A stretch of 64,000 nucleotides of DNA from Candidatus Wolfebacteria bacterium GW2011_GWE2_44_13 (lineage in GTDB: Bacteria > Patescibacteriota > Minisyncoccia > UBA6257 > UBA9933), in assembly GCA_001000675.1 (NCBI GenBank), contig LCHW01000003.1, positions 3,873-67,872 of the forward strand. Reading direction: 5' to 3'. Shown piece by piece: positions 55,473 through 64,000 of the stretch. Numbering within the stretch: the stretch's first letter is position 1; the number at the start of each line of letters is the position of its first letter. The notes below the pieces were generated by a model, which was not told where the DNA came from, ran no database searches, and saw only the letters and a program-made list of their open reading frames with translations. Both the position numbers and the translations under genes were made by a program.

Positions 55473-58187
55473 TTATTTTCCTTCGCTTTTCCCCTCGGCC
55501 TCCATTGGTGCCACTGGTAACAATATAGTGAATGTACTTCCTTCATTCACTATGCTCTTTTCAAGTCGAATAGACCCTCCCATTGCTTCCGTAAAAGTTT
55601 TTGCTATGTACAAACCAAGCCCACTTCCATACTCTTTTGTATGCAAGAATGTTTTTTGTACCGTAGAAAATTTTTGGAATAACGTCGCCCTGCTCTCTGG
55701 CGCGATGCCAGCACCTGTATCCGTAATCGATAATTGCACAAAATCCCCATTTGCTTCTTTTGTTGTGCTAATCAAAATAGTTACTCCTCCTTTTTCTGTA
55801 TAGTGTATAGCATTCCCTATAATATTCACAACCACCTGCCTCGTCTTTTCCGAATCCGCAATTATCATTGGAATGCTTGCCTGCGGTTCTTCGAGCTTTA
55901 GAAAAAGCTTTTTCTTTGCCGCAACTGGGCTTAGATCAGCTACTATCTCCTTTGTTAATTGCACAAGATCAAATGTTTCTTTTTCAACGGTGATAGTATT
56001 CCCCTCAAGCTGCATAACGTCGATGAAGTCATGAATAATATCGATAAGCCGGACGCTATTTCGTTGAATTGCAGTGAGTGATTTTATTGTGTCTGCGTTT
56101 TCTGGCTTGTTCTCAGTATCCTGCAGCATTAATTCAGCATTTCCTCGAATAACGGTAAGTGGCGTGCGCATTTCATGCGATGCGATTGCCATAAAATTAT
56201 TCTTTGATTCCGCAAGCATTTTTTGTTCTGCAATCTTTTGTGCAAATTCTTCCGGAGTAATTTTAATATCCGATGCCATTTGCGTATAGATATTACTCAG
56301 CTGTGCTGCTTCTTCTGGAGAAAACAAGCTCTCTTTCTCAAGTACATCTCGAGCTGCAGGACTACCAATAAATCCAGCCAAAATATTTTCTACACTATTC
56401 TCTAAATCAATTAGTGCATTGATTGAAATCACCTTCTTGCCCTCTACTTTCGCTTTTCGGATACATTCGTTTGCCTCCTTTTGCGCCTCTTCCTCACTAA
56501 GATATTTCCCGAACACCGCAACAATAATTTTTCGTTTTGCCTCTAATTCTATGTATTCTTTTTGCGCAATGATTGGTAAAAACGCCTTCTTTCCTCCTCG
56601 TATTATATTAACGATATTATATGCGATACGCTGTTCATCTTCGCTTTGTTTCGTCGCGAGCGACACTAGAACATATAGCCCTACGTTGACCAATACGGTA
56701 AATATAATCGACATCGATAATGGATCGATCGTGGTCACTCCGAATAAATTCTCTGGCCGGAGAAAGCCAACGCCAAACGGACCTTCTAACAACAAAGATT
56801 CCGGCATCCAACCGCTTCGAATAAATGCGGGCATCAGCGATGTGTACCCCCATACTGCAAATCCACCAATCAATCCTACTATTGCTCCAATTCGATTCCC
56901 TCGTTCCCAATATAAGCCCCCAATAACTGCTGGGGCAAATTGCAACACCGCAACAAAAGAAATAATACCAATCTTTACGAGAATATACGATTCCCCTGTT
57001 AAGATTTCAAATACATACCCAAGCGAAAGAATGAGCACCGCGATAAGCCATCGCAACTGTAATAACCATTTTCTTAAGAAACCCAGTATGCTAATTTTTT
57101 CGATCACTGGCACAAGCACGTTATTCGCTACCATTGTCGTTATGGCAACGGTTGAGACCATAATCATACTAAATGCCGCGGAAATGCCGCCCAAAAATAC
57201 CAGCATAGTCAGCCAAGTATTTTCTGCCATTGCAGAAACAAGCAAAATAAATATATCAGCCAACGCAATATCGTACCCTTTTAAAATACCTGCTATTGCA
57301 ATTGGAAATACAAACGCCGTAATAAGAAATAAATACGCTGGCAATGCCCATGCAGCAGTTCGAATGTGTCGCTCATCCGAGTTCTCTACAACTGCCAAAT
57401 GAAACTGTCTCGGAAGGAGCAGGATAGCGAACATCGATATAATAATATACGACAAGAATAGCGAGTACTCAGGCTTCCCTGCATTTACTGCTTCTAGTAA
57501 CTCAGGATTTGCTTGTACTTGCGCTAAAATATCAAACGGTCCATTGAATAGAAAGAACGTAACGAATACCCCTACCGCTAAAAATGCAACCAATTTGATA
57601 ACCGACTGGATAGCAACCACCATTACCATTCCTGGATGCCGTTCTGTCTGCTCCAACTTTCGAAATCCAAACGCGATGGTAAAGATAATGATCATGCCCA
57701 GCATAATCAAACGAATAAACCCGGAATCAAACCCAGCCCCTCCCCCTACCATAAATGAAAACGACTGAAAAATTGCTTTAAATTGTAGTGAAAAATAAGG
57801 CGTTATCCCGATTAACGCAATAAGCGTAGCGATAACTCCAACGCCATAGGAACGGTCGTAGCGTGTTGAAAGGAACCCAGAAATACTTGCTACTCCATAT
57901 TCATTTTTTATTTTTACCAGCTTTCGAATAACTGGCCACCCAAAAAGCATTGCGAGTGTCGGCCCAATATAAATACCAAGAAATGCATAGCTCGTTGTTG
58001 CCGCCAATCCTACGTTTCCATAAAACGTCCATGCCGTTGCATAAATCGCAAGCGATAGCGTATAAATTATTGCGTTATTTGTCAGGTTCTTTCCTTGCTC
58101 ATATTTACGTTCAACATATACAGCGATTGCGAACAACGCAACAAAATATGCTGCCAATATTCCAATAATTGTAGTTAGATTAACCAT
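55473..58187 (-). CDS. Sodium:solute symporter (SSS/SLC5) domain fused to a histidine kinase (CbrA-like sensor)
   Basis: About 13 TM helices in the N-terminal 520 aa, then HisKA (ASHEMRTPLTVIRGN) and HATPase (GSGLGLYIAKTFTEAMGGSI). Confidence 0.8.
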   Translation of the reverse strand: MVNLTTIIGILAAYFVALFAIAVYVERKYEQGKNLTNNAIIYTLSLAIYATAWTFYGNVGLAATTSYAFLGIYIGPTLAMLFGWPVIRKLVKIKNEYGVASISGFLSTRYDRSYGVGVIATLIALIGITPYFSLQFKAIFQSFSFMVGGGAGFDSGFIRLIMLGMIIIFTIAFGFRKLEQTERHPGMVMVVAIQSVIKLVAFLAVGVFVTFFLFNGPFDILAQVQANPELLEAVNAGKPEYSLFLSYIIISMFAILLLPRQFHLAVVENSDERHIRTAAWALPAYLFLITAFVFPIAIAGILKGYDIALADIFILLVSAMAENTWLTMLVFLGGISAAFSMIMVSTVAITTMVANNVLVPVIEKISILGFLRKWLLQLRWLIAVLILSLGYVFEILTGESYILVKIGIISFVAVLQFAPAVIGGLYWERGNRIGAIVGLIGGFAVWGYTSLMPAFIRSGWMPESLLLEGPFGVGFLRPENLFGVTTIDPLSMSIIFTVLVNVGLYVLVSLATKQSEDEQRIAYNIVNIIRGGKKAFLPIIAQKEYIELEAKRKIIVAVFGKYLSEEEAQKEANECIRKAKVEGKKVISINALIDLENSVENILAGFIGSPAARDVLEKESLFSPEEAAQLSNIYTQMASDIKITPEEFAQKIAEQKMLAESKNNFMAIASHEMRTPLTVIRGNAELMLQDTENKPENADTIKSLTAIQRNSVRLIDIIHDFIDVMQLEGNTITVEKETFDLVQLTKEIVADLSPVAAKKKLFLKLEEPQASIPMIIADSEKTRQVVVNIIGNAIHYTEKGGVTILISTTKEANGDFVQLSITDTGAGIAPESRATLFQKFSTVQKTFLHTKEYGSGLGLYIAKTFTEAMGGSIRLEKSIVNEGSTFTILLPVAPMEAEGKSEGK

Positions 58188-58425
58188 TATTCTTGCTATC
58201 GTTAGAATCGTCTTTATTGCGACTTCCTATCATGAGCACGAGAATGCATAATCCCCAAACTGCAAATAAATACGTAAACGGCACAACATAATCAACCTGC
58301 TCAAGAAAAGACATATATGGCCAACTAAACACGATTACAAAAAAAACAAGGATGAATAACCTATACGCATTCGTATCGATCATCTTCGCGATTTTTGTGA
58401 GCTTATTTAGTTTCAGGTCGTCCAT
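58180..58425 (-). CDS. Small two-TM membrane protein (DUF485/CbrX-like), translationally coupled to the SSS-HK gene
   Basis: 81 aa. Its stop overlaps the SSS-HK start by 8 nt. The arrangement is typical of YjcH/CbrX upstream of SSS transporters. Confidence 0.45.
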   Translation of the reverse strand: MDDLKLNKLTKIAKMIDTNAYRLFILVFFVIVFSWPYMSFLEQVDYVVPFTYLFAVWGLCILVLMIGSRNKDDSNDSKNNG

Positions 58426-58533
58426 ATGCCATTACACTTCCCTATTTTAATTATCAATAGTATACCATATTTATTGTTTCATATAAAAAACACTAGGGTG
58501 CACGCGCATCCTAGTGTTTTTTATTATTTGTAT

Positions 58534-58905
58534 TTAGCGAACAAACATCATCGGCACTCCTTCACCTGCTCCGCTCATCATACCCCCACGATAATATGCA
58601 CCGGAGTTTATTCCTCCCCCTCGCTGCATCATGTTATACCGTTCTTGCGTTGCGTATGATCCACGATTTGTTCCGTAGCCACTATTACGCATACCTTCCT
58701 TGAATTCTCCTACTTTTATCCCCGCGAGAAAAATGAACACTATGATCAAAATTCCAAGAATCCAACGCATGTGATAATACCGACCACCGCAATGCATGCC
58801 ATACATTTTCTGGCACCCTGTACATGCCCCGCGTCGGTCTTCACCCTCGCGTCGATCACACATCCCTCCCATACACATTCCTCCTTGTTGTTCTTTATTT
58901 TCCAT
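58534..58905 (-). CDS. Cys/Gly/Met-rich small membrane protein
   Basis: 123 aa with an N-terminal CxGGxC, CxGC, HCGG cluster, a central TM and a Gly/Met/Arg-rich tail. Confidence 0.4.
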   Translation of the reverse strand: MENKEQQGGMCMGGMCDRREGEDRRGACTGCQKMYGMHCGGRYYHMRWILGILIIVFIFLAGIKVGEFKEGMRNSGYGTNRGSYATQERYNMMQRGGGINSGAYYRGGMMSGAGEGVPMMFVR

Positions 58906-59057
58906 GTTGTTTATTATGTTATATAAACGACCTTTTATATAGTATATCCTTTTTTAAACCATTCTTCACGCCCGCCCCCTTCTTTCTCTGATGCCTTTCT
59001 CTTTTTTATGCTATACTTATAAAAAGGTCGGGTATATCTAATGCTATTTATCCAATC

Positions 59058-59291
59058 ATGAAAACACTTCATTATATTGCGTTCACACTGCTTGTAGTCG
59101 GCGGCCTTAACTGGCTTCTCGTCGGGCTGCTTAAGTGGGACGTAGGAATGCTGTTCGGTGGTCAGGAAGCAATTGTTTCCCGCATCATCTATGTTCTTGT
59201 TGGTCTTTCTGCCATCACCATCTTGGCGACACACAGAAAGGACTGTAAAACCTGTATGGGCGAAATGCCTATGCCAGAGAATAAGATGTAA
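59058..59291 (+). CDS. DUF378-family small membrane protein
   Basis: GGLNWLLVGL motif, two TM helices, 77 aa. Confidence 0.6.
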   Translation: MKTLHYIAFTLLVVGGLNWLLVGLLKWDVGMLFGGQEAIVSRIIYVLVGLSAITILATHRKDCKTCMGEMPMPENKM

Positions 59292-59305
59292 TACCTTGTT
59301 CTATA

Positions 59306-59336
59306 AAATAACCCGTCATTCGACGGGTTATTTTTT
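59306..59336. terminator. Bidirectional rho-independent terminator
   Basis: aataacccgtc attcg acgggttatt followed by tttttt. Confidence 0.75.
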
Positions 59337-60768
59337 ACTTTAACTTTATAATCGGGCCTTGGGCGGTGTCGTCTACGACTAATCCATGTGCTGCAAGCTT
59401 GTCGCGCATTTCATCTGCTTTTGCATAATCCCCTGCCTTGCGTGCTTCATTGCGCTTCGCAACTAATGTATCCGCTTGTGCCTCATCAATTTTCTTCGTC
59501 AATTCAATGCGATACTGATCATACAGCGGCTCAATAAATCCAAGCACTTCGTCAAGCTCAAACATAAAGACTTTCACGTCTTTTGCTTGTTCGGTATTGA
59601 TGATATCCATGCTTTTGTTGACTTCGTTCATGAAATCAAAAATAGCTGCGAACGCACTACTCACATTAAAATCATCGTCCATTGCCTCGATAAACGCACC
59701 GCGGTGCTCCGTGATTACCGCCTCCATATCGATGTCGTTGTATTCAATATTTGTAACAGTATCGATTGTAAGCATAAACTGCACAAATCGATCGGCAATT
59801 GCTTTTACTTCTACAAAATCATCAAAACTAAAATCCATTGTTGTTCGATAGTGTGCCTTTAGCAATGCAATACGCCACAACAACGGATTATATCCTTTTT
59901 CAATGATATCTCGTAAGCCATATACATTCCCTACGGACTTTGACATCTTCTGCCCACTCAAAATAACATGTGCATTGTGCATCCAATAATTCGCAAACGG
60001 CTTGCCGGTTGCTGCTTCTGATTGCGCAATCTCATTCACATGGTGTGGGAACATTAAATCCACTCCACCGCAATGAATATCGAATGTTTCCCCTAAATAC
60101 TTCATTGCCATTGCAGAACATTCAATGTGCCATCCTGGACGCCCCTTTCCTAGCCGTGTCTCCCAGTAGACATCACCATCTTCTTCGCGATACCCTTTCC
60201 ATAACACAAAATCATTGCTTTCTTCTTTTTCATATTCATCGGCATTGCTTAGGCGCCCTTCTGCATTTTCTTTTAATTCCTGTTTTTCTAAACCAACAAG
60301 CTTTCCGTAATTGGGAAATTTTGCAATGCGGAAATAGACTGAACCATCAGCTTTATATGCATACCCTTTTTCTAACAGTAGCTCGGTAAGCGCAACCATT
60401 TCTTCGATATGGTCGGTTGCCTTTGGCATTACATCGGGCAATTCTATATTTAACTTTTCTAGGTCTTCTAAAAAGGCTGCTAGATATTTCTCGGTAAACG
60501 TCTTTAGACTTTCTTGTGCTTTAATACTCCCCTTGATTGTCTTGTCGTCCACATCGGTTACGTTCATAACGTGCTGTACTTCATAGCCGCTATATCGTAA
60601 ATATCGTTTTAATAGATCGTTAAATACATATGCACGCAAATTCCCAATGTGTACATAATTATATACCGTCGGTCCACAACCATACATACCCACCTTTTCC
60701 GGGTCGATCGCTTCAAATTCTTTATTCTCTTTACTTATTGGATCGTATATCTTCAACATATTAGCCAT
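59335..60768 (-). CDS. cysS: Cysteinyl-tRNA synthetase
   Basis: HIGH (HIGNLRAY) and KMSKS motifs. The start is taken at MANMLKIY, because the ORF track's N-terminal 33-aa extension is unlikely to be real. Confidence 0.85.
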   Translation of the reverse strand: MANMLKIYDPISKENKEFEAIDPEKVGMYGCGPTVYNYVHIGNLRAYVFNDLLKRYLRYSGYEVQHVMNVTDVDDKTIKGSIKAQESLKTFTEKYLAAFLEDLEKLNIELPDVMPKATDHIEEMVALTELLLEKGYAYKADGSVYFRIAKFPNYGKLVGLEKQELKENAEGRLSNADEYEKEESNDFVLWKGYREEDGDVYWETRLGKGRPGWHIECSAMAMKYLGETFDIHCGGVDLMFPHHVNEIAQSEAATGKPFANYWMHNAHVILSGQKMSKSVGNVYGLRDIIEKGYNPLLWRIALLKAHYRTTMDFSFDDFVEVKAIADRFVQFMLTIDTVTNIEYNDIDMEAVITEHRGAFIEAMDDDFNVSSAFAAIFDFMNEVNKSMDIINTEQAKDVKVFMFELDEVLGFIEPLYDQYRIELTKKIDEAQADTLVAKRNEARKAGDYAKADEMRDKLAAHGLVVDDTAQGPIIKLK

Positions 60769-61154
60769 TGTATAGTTCTTTTCTGTAAAAATAAATGGGC
60801 CCCAAAGGAGCCCACTGCTCATCCCCATATCCACCGAACGAGATACCACAGCACTCGGACGCCACACCCCATAATAATGGCGATTTGTTTTGCGAGCGGA
60901 AGGAACATAGCGAACGGGTCGCTTATGTTCTTCCGTATGGCAATCCCTGCGGCTTTTGCCGCTGCCAGACCTTCTGTCCGCGCTACCCGCATATCGGGCT
61001 CAAACGTTGTATAGGCCACGCGCACCTCCCTTGTTCATATCGATATAAAAGCTACCTACCTCATACCACACCCCTTCTCCTATGTCAATTTCTTGCAAAA
61101 TTTTTGCTTCCTCCCTATACTGAAATTTCAATACTCATTTAAATTATATTCATT

Positions 61155-61367
61155 ATGAAAACACGCAAAGACCTTATTCAGGAGTTTCTCGACAATGCAA
61201 AGGAATCCCTTATTCGCATTGAGTTGACCGAAGCATATCTTCAAAAGAAATACGGCGAAGAACAGCATCAGCACATCCTCGACGAGATGGCAAAGCTTGC
61301 AGCTAACAAGAAAGAAACCACTGATTGGATTTCTTTCATGGAAGACCAGCTTGTTTCAGAAAAATAA
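61155..61367 (+). CDS. Hypothetical small protein
   Basis: 70 aa, followed by a terminator. Confidence 0.45.
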   Translation: MKTRKDLIQEFLDNAKESLIRIELTEAYLQKKYGEEQHQHILDEMAKLAANKKETTDWISFMEDQLVSEK

Positions 61368-61373
61368 AGTAAA

Positions 61374-61402
61374 AAATTGCCCCGCACTGCGGGGCTTTTT
61401 AT
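61374..61402. terminator. Bidirectional terminator
   Basis: aattgccccgc actg cggggcttttt. Confidence 0.7.
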
Positions 61403-61406
61403 ACCA

Positions 61407-61769
61407 TTACGGACGCTCCAGAATTTCTTTGGCAAGCGCTCTCAATGCTCGGTAGTCGAAGGGTTTTTTGATGACTGTCTCTGCAATCCCTCGTGCCACC
61501 ATCGGGATTTCATAGCCCGCAAATCCAGTCACCATCACAAAGGGCACCCGGCATCCCTTGTCATGCATCAAGATAACAAGTGCTCCACCGGACATCTCCC
61601 CTGGCAGTCCGTGGTCGACGATTGCAAGATCAAATGGCTCATCGGACAAGAGCTTGTACCCATTTTCTCCGTTGTCGGCAATGGTGATTGTTGCTCCCAG
61701 AGGCTCGAGACACCTAGCCAGCAATGCTTGCATGACGATACTATCTTCCACGATTAAAATCCGCTTCAT
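61407..61769 (-). CDS. Stand-alone response regulator receiver (CheY-like)
   Basis: ILIVEDS ... DLAIVDHGLPG receiver motifs, 120 aa, no output domain. Confidence 0.75.
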   Translation of the reverse strand: MKRILIVEDSIVMQALLARCLEPLGATITIADNGENGYKLLSDEPFDLAIVDHGLPGEMSGGALVILMHDKGCRVPFVMVTGFAGYEIPMVARGIAETVIKKPFDYRALRALAKEILERP

Positions 61770-61882
61770 GCTCTCCTCTCTTTCTTCCGACGCATAGCCA
61801 GAATACTCTGCTAAATTTCTTTATTTGCTATTTTCCTTATACAAGCCAACGACGCATGTGTCAACTGTTTTATATGGCTTTA

Positions 61883-61915
61883 AAAAAATTGCCCCGCACA
61901 TAGTGCGGGGCTTTC
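61883..61915 (-). terminator. Terminator (near-duplicate of the one at 61374)
   Basis: aattgccccgcaca tag tgcggggcttt. Confidence 0.65.
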
Positions 61916-61930
61916 TCACCCGAAATTGTT

Positions 61931-62296
61931 TTATGCGGCTGGTTCTGCCGCCCCCTCCACCAACCGATCGATGAGGTCGATGAGTGACTGGGTTTCGTAC
62001 GGCTTCGACAAGAAGCCGTCGATCCCAAGGGATACCTCTTCTGCCTCGGAAGTTGAGGACACCATCACAATAGGCGTCTGCAACCCTTGTTCGCGAAGCC
62101 GCCGCACCATTTCCCCTCCCTTCATCACGGGCATGTCATAGTCAGTGATGATGAGGTTGAAGCCACCCTGCATTGCAACAGCTTCCCCTTCCTGCCCATT
62201 TTCAGCAGTGACGGTCACGTACCCGAATTCCTCGAGTACGGACACCATTAATCCCCTGAGAAACATGTCGTCGTCGACATATAGAACCTTCTTCAT
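61931..62296 (-). CDS. Stand-alone response regulator receiver (CheY-like)
   Basis: VLYVDDD ... LIITDYDMPVMKG receiver motifs, 121 aa. Confidence 0.75.
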   Translation of the reverse strand: MKKVLYVDDDMFLRGLMVSVLEEFGYVTVTAENGQEGEAVAMQGGFNLIITDYDMPVMKGGEMVRRLREQGLQTPIVMVSSTSEAEEVSLGIDGFLSKPYETQSLIDLIDRLVEGAAEPAA

Positions 62297-62395
62297 ATCT
62301 ACCCTCCTCTTCCTTTGGCTGTAGCCAGATTTATAATTTAACTGCTAAATATAGTATGCAAGGTAATAGTAAATATGTCAATACCATTTACGCAA

Positions 62396-62427
62396 ACAAA
62401 AACCGCCCCTCACAGGCGGTTTTTTAG
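62396..62427. terminator. Bidirectional terminator
   Basis: aaaaccgcc cctcaca ggcggtttttt. Confidence 0.7.
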
Positions 62428-62473
62428 CACATGCTGTCATTATACAGCATTATGTTTTTTCATGCAAACAATT

Positions 62474-63148
62474 TTACAAGGCTGCATTAATTACATTAAG
62501 TTCACTCTGTAATTCTGCATCTATTCCTCCAATATTAAATGCATTAAGGTCTTGTTCGATAACCGATACATCATCTGCCTCTGGCGCAACAATTGGCTGC
62601 ATTTCCTGTATTTCTATTACAGGCGTTGCATCTTCTACTATTGGCGCTACTTCTGGCGTTGGTGCATTTGTTGTTCTCCAAAATAGGAATGCTCCCAACC
62701 CTACCAACAATCCTGCCACGATCACAGCGATGATTATGATTATTTTCTTTTTACCTCCCTCTTCTGGAATGCCACCTTGCATCTGCATCCCTTGTCCAGA
62801 CAAATCAATCGGCTGCATCGTTGTTTCCATCGGTGTTACGATAGTGTTAACAACGGGCTCTAGTACTTGCGGCTGCTGCATCACTGGAGGCGCCATATCA
62901 ACTGGAGTCATTATTGGTGCTTCTGCTACCGGCTGCGGTTGTACGGGAGCTGGTGTTGGCATTTCTACTGGCTGCTGTGGTTGCATCGGAGCGGGCACTG
63001 GCATTTCTACTGGCTGCTGCGGTTGAGCTGTGCCCTCCCCTACTGGCATGGTATTTTTTTCTATTTCTAGATTATCCATTTTTTTATTCGTTACTACGTT
63101 ATTATCGAGCAGTTGATGTGCTGGTCGTTGCCGTTGCTGGCATACCAT
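62474..63148 (-). CDS. Pro/Gln-rich repeat membrane protein (PQQPVEMP repeats)
   Basis: 224 aa, single TM near the C-terminal third. The start may be the internal Met at about 63079, which would avoid overlap with the upstream gene. Confidence 0.4.
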   Translation of the reverse strand: MVCQQRQRPAHQLLDNNVVTNKKMDNLEIEKNTMPVGEGTAQPQQPVEMPVPAPMQPQQPVEMPTPAPVQPQPVAEAPIMTPVDMAPPVMQQPQVLEPVVNTIVTPMETTMQPIDLSGQGMQMQGGIPEEGGKKKIIIIIAVIVAGLLVGLGAFLFWRTTNAPTPEVAPIVEDATPVIEIQEMQPIVAPEADDVSVIEQDLNAFNIGGIDAELQSELNVINAAL

Positions 63149-63644
63149 TACCCGCTCCTTTCATACTTACGATTGTTTCGACCAATGCCTTATGGGCTAC
63201 TTTTATTTTAGTAGTCACGTTCTTGGCGAGTTTATTTTTGATATTTGCGAATGCCGTTGCAGGCTTTGTCGATGCGACCATTGCTACATTCGCTTTCTTC
63301 ATTGTCGCCAATTCTGTCTTTGCTCCTGTGATTGCTTTTTGTGCCTCTACGAGCTTAGCGCTTGCGATTGTCATATCCTTCCCCTCAAGCTGTAGCTTTG
63401 CAATGCGCGACTGTATTCGCATCGCAACTTCCTCAAGCGTTGCGATGCGTACTTCTAAACTTCGCTCCAACCCCGTAACTGTTTCTTGTAAGCGTGCCTT
63501 TTTCGCAGCAGGTGTTAATGGCTTCTGCGTTGCTGTTACTGCTGGTTGTGGCGTTGTCGTTGTTGGTACTTGTGCATATGCAACGGCAGAAAATCCTGCA
63601 ATTGCCATACATCCAACAACTAAATATATATATTGTTTTTTCAT
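63102..63644 (-). CDS. Secreted coiled-coil protein (possible lipoprotein)
   Basis: Signal peptide with a VVGC lipobox-like sequence, then an Ala/Thr/Lys-rich helical region. Confidence 0.45.
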   Translation of the reverse strand: MKKQYIYLVVGCMAIAGFSAVAYAQVPTTTTPQPAVTATQKPLTPAAKKARLQETVTGLERSLEVRIATLEEVAMRIQSRIAKLQLEGKDMTIASAKLVEAQKAITGAKTELATMKKANVAMVASTKPATAFANIKNKLAKNVTTKIKVAHKALVETIVSMKGAGNGMPATATTSTSTAR

Positions 63645-63725
63645 ATGATTAGTTCTCCCTACGACCTTTTTATTTTAATGTATACGTATCTTTATTATAC
63701 ACTCTTCCAAAATAATTACGAATAT

Positions 63726-63760
63726 AAAAACATCCCTTGTTTAATAAGGGATGTTTTTAT
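63726..63760. terminator. Rho-independent terminator
   Basis: aaaaacatccctt gtttaata agggatgttttt. Confidence 0.7.
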
Positions 63761-63788
63761 ATTCCATTTTATTATCTCCTGCTTTCTA

Positions 63789-64000
63789 TTATCTCGCCTG
63801 TACTCCTTTTCCATCCCAATACAACGCTGGAACGAATACAGAAACATTTGCCGCAGTTTTTTGTTCAGTGAGCCAATCGTTAAACACTCCATTCTGGAGG
63901 GTTATATTCCCTTCGAGTATCTCTTGTTTTGCTTTTGGCAAAAGCACAAGCTCCTTAAACTGCCCTGGCGTTAACCCATACATCAACCCTGTAGCCTTCC
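63789..64000 (-). CDS. C-terminal part of a gene that continues beyond the window
   Basis: ORF open to the window edge. The Met at 63986 may be internal. Confidence 0.3.
   Translation of the reverse strand, partial: KATGLMYGLTPGQFKELVLLPKAKQEILEGNITLQNGVFNDWLTEQKTAANVSVFVPALYWDGKGVQAR

Noticed and set aside
59335-60867. N-terminal 33-aa extension of cysS in the ORF track (MWRPSAVVSRSVDMGMSSGLLWGPFIFTEKNYT)
   Set aside because: CysS homologs begin near MANMLKIY. The extension is probably read-through of the upstream region, so the start was moved to 60768.

Overview
This 64 kb window is low-GC (about 40%, judged by eye) and almost all of its genes are on the minus strand. That is consistent with a small-genome bacterium, possibly Patescibacteria/CPR-like, but that is inference from gene content only. 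Recognisable housekeeping genes include two PBP-type transpeptidases, a partial dcw cluster (mraZ-rsmH-ftsL-ftsI-murF), ksgA, a UvrD/PcrA-family helicase, comM, recG, ftsEX, prfB, serS, dnaX, cysS and rplJ-rplL. There are 11 intact tRNA genes, and several of them are accompanied by truncated tRNA copies and palindromic modules. The most striking block is an accessory island of about 11.6 kb (4655-16267, all minus strand) that looks like a minimal type IV secretion system. It carries a VirB4-family ATPase split by a single in-frame TAA, a VirB3-like small membrane protein, a VirB6/TrbL-like polytopic membrane protein, a pilin-like protein fused to a putative M15-like peptidase domain, several secreted or membrane proteins of unknown function, and a GC-rich structured intergenic element. 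Other notable features are three copies of a roughly 90-nt structured RNA-like element (with compensatory stem changes), two of which bracket rplL. There are also two GC-rich hypothetical-gene cassettes with matching promoters and terminators, a candidate GNAT-toxin-like gene pair, a sodium:solute symporter fused to a histidine kinase with a small DUF485-like partner, two orphan receiver proteins, and processive GT2 and GT-C glycosyltransferases. All calls come from reading the ORF translations and the sequence by eye. No database search was run.
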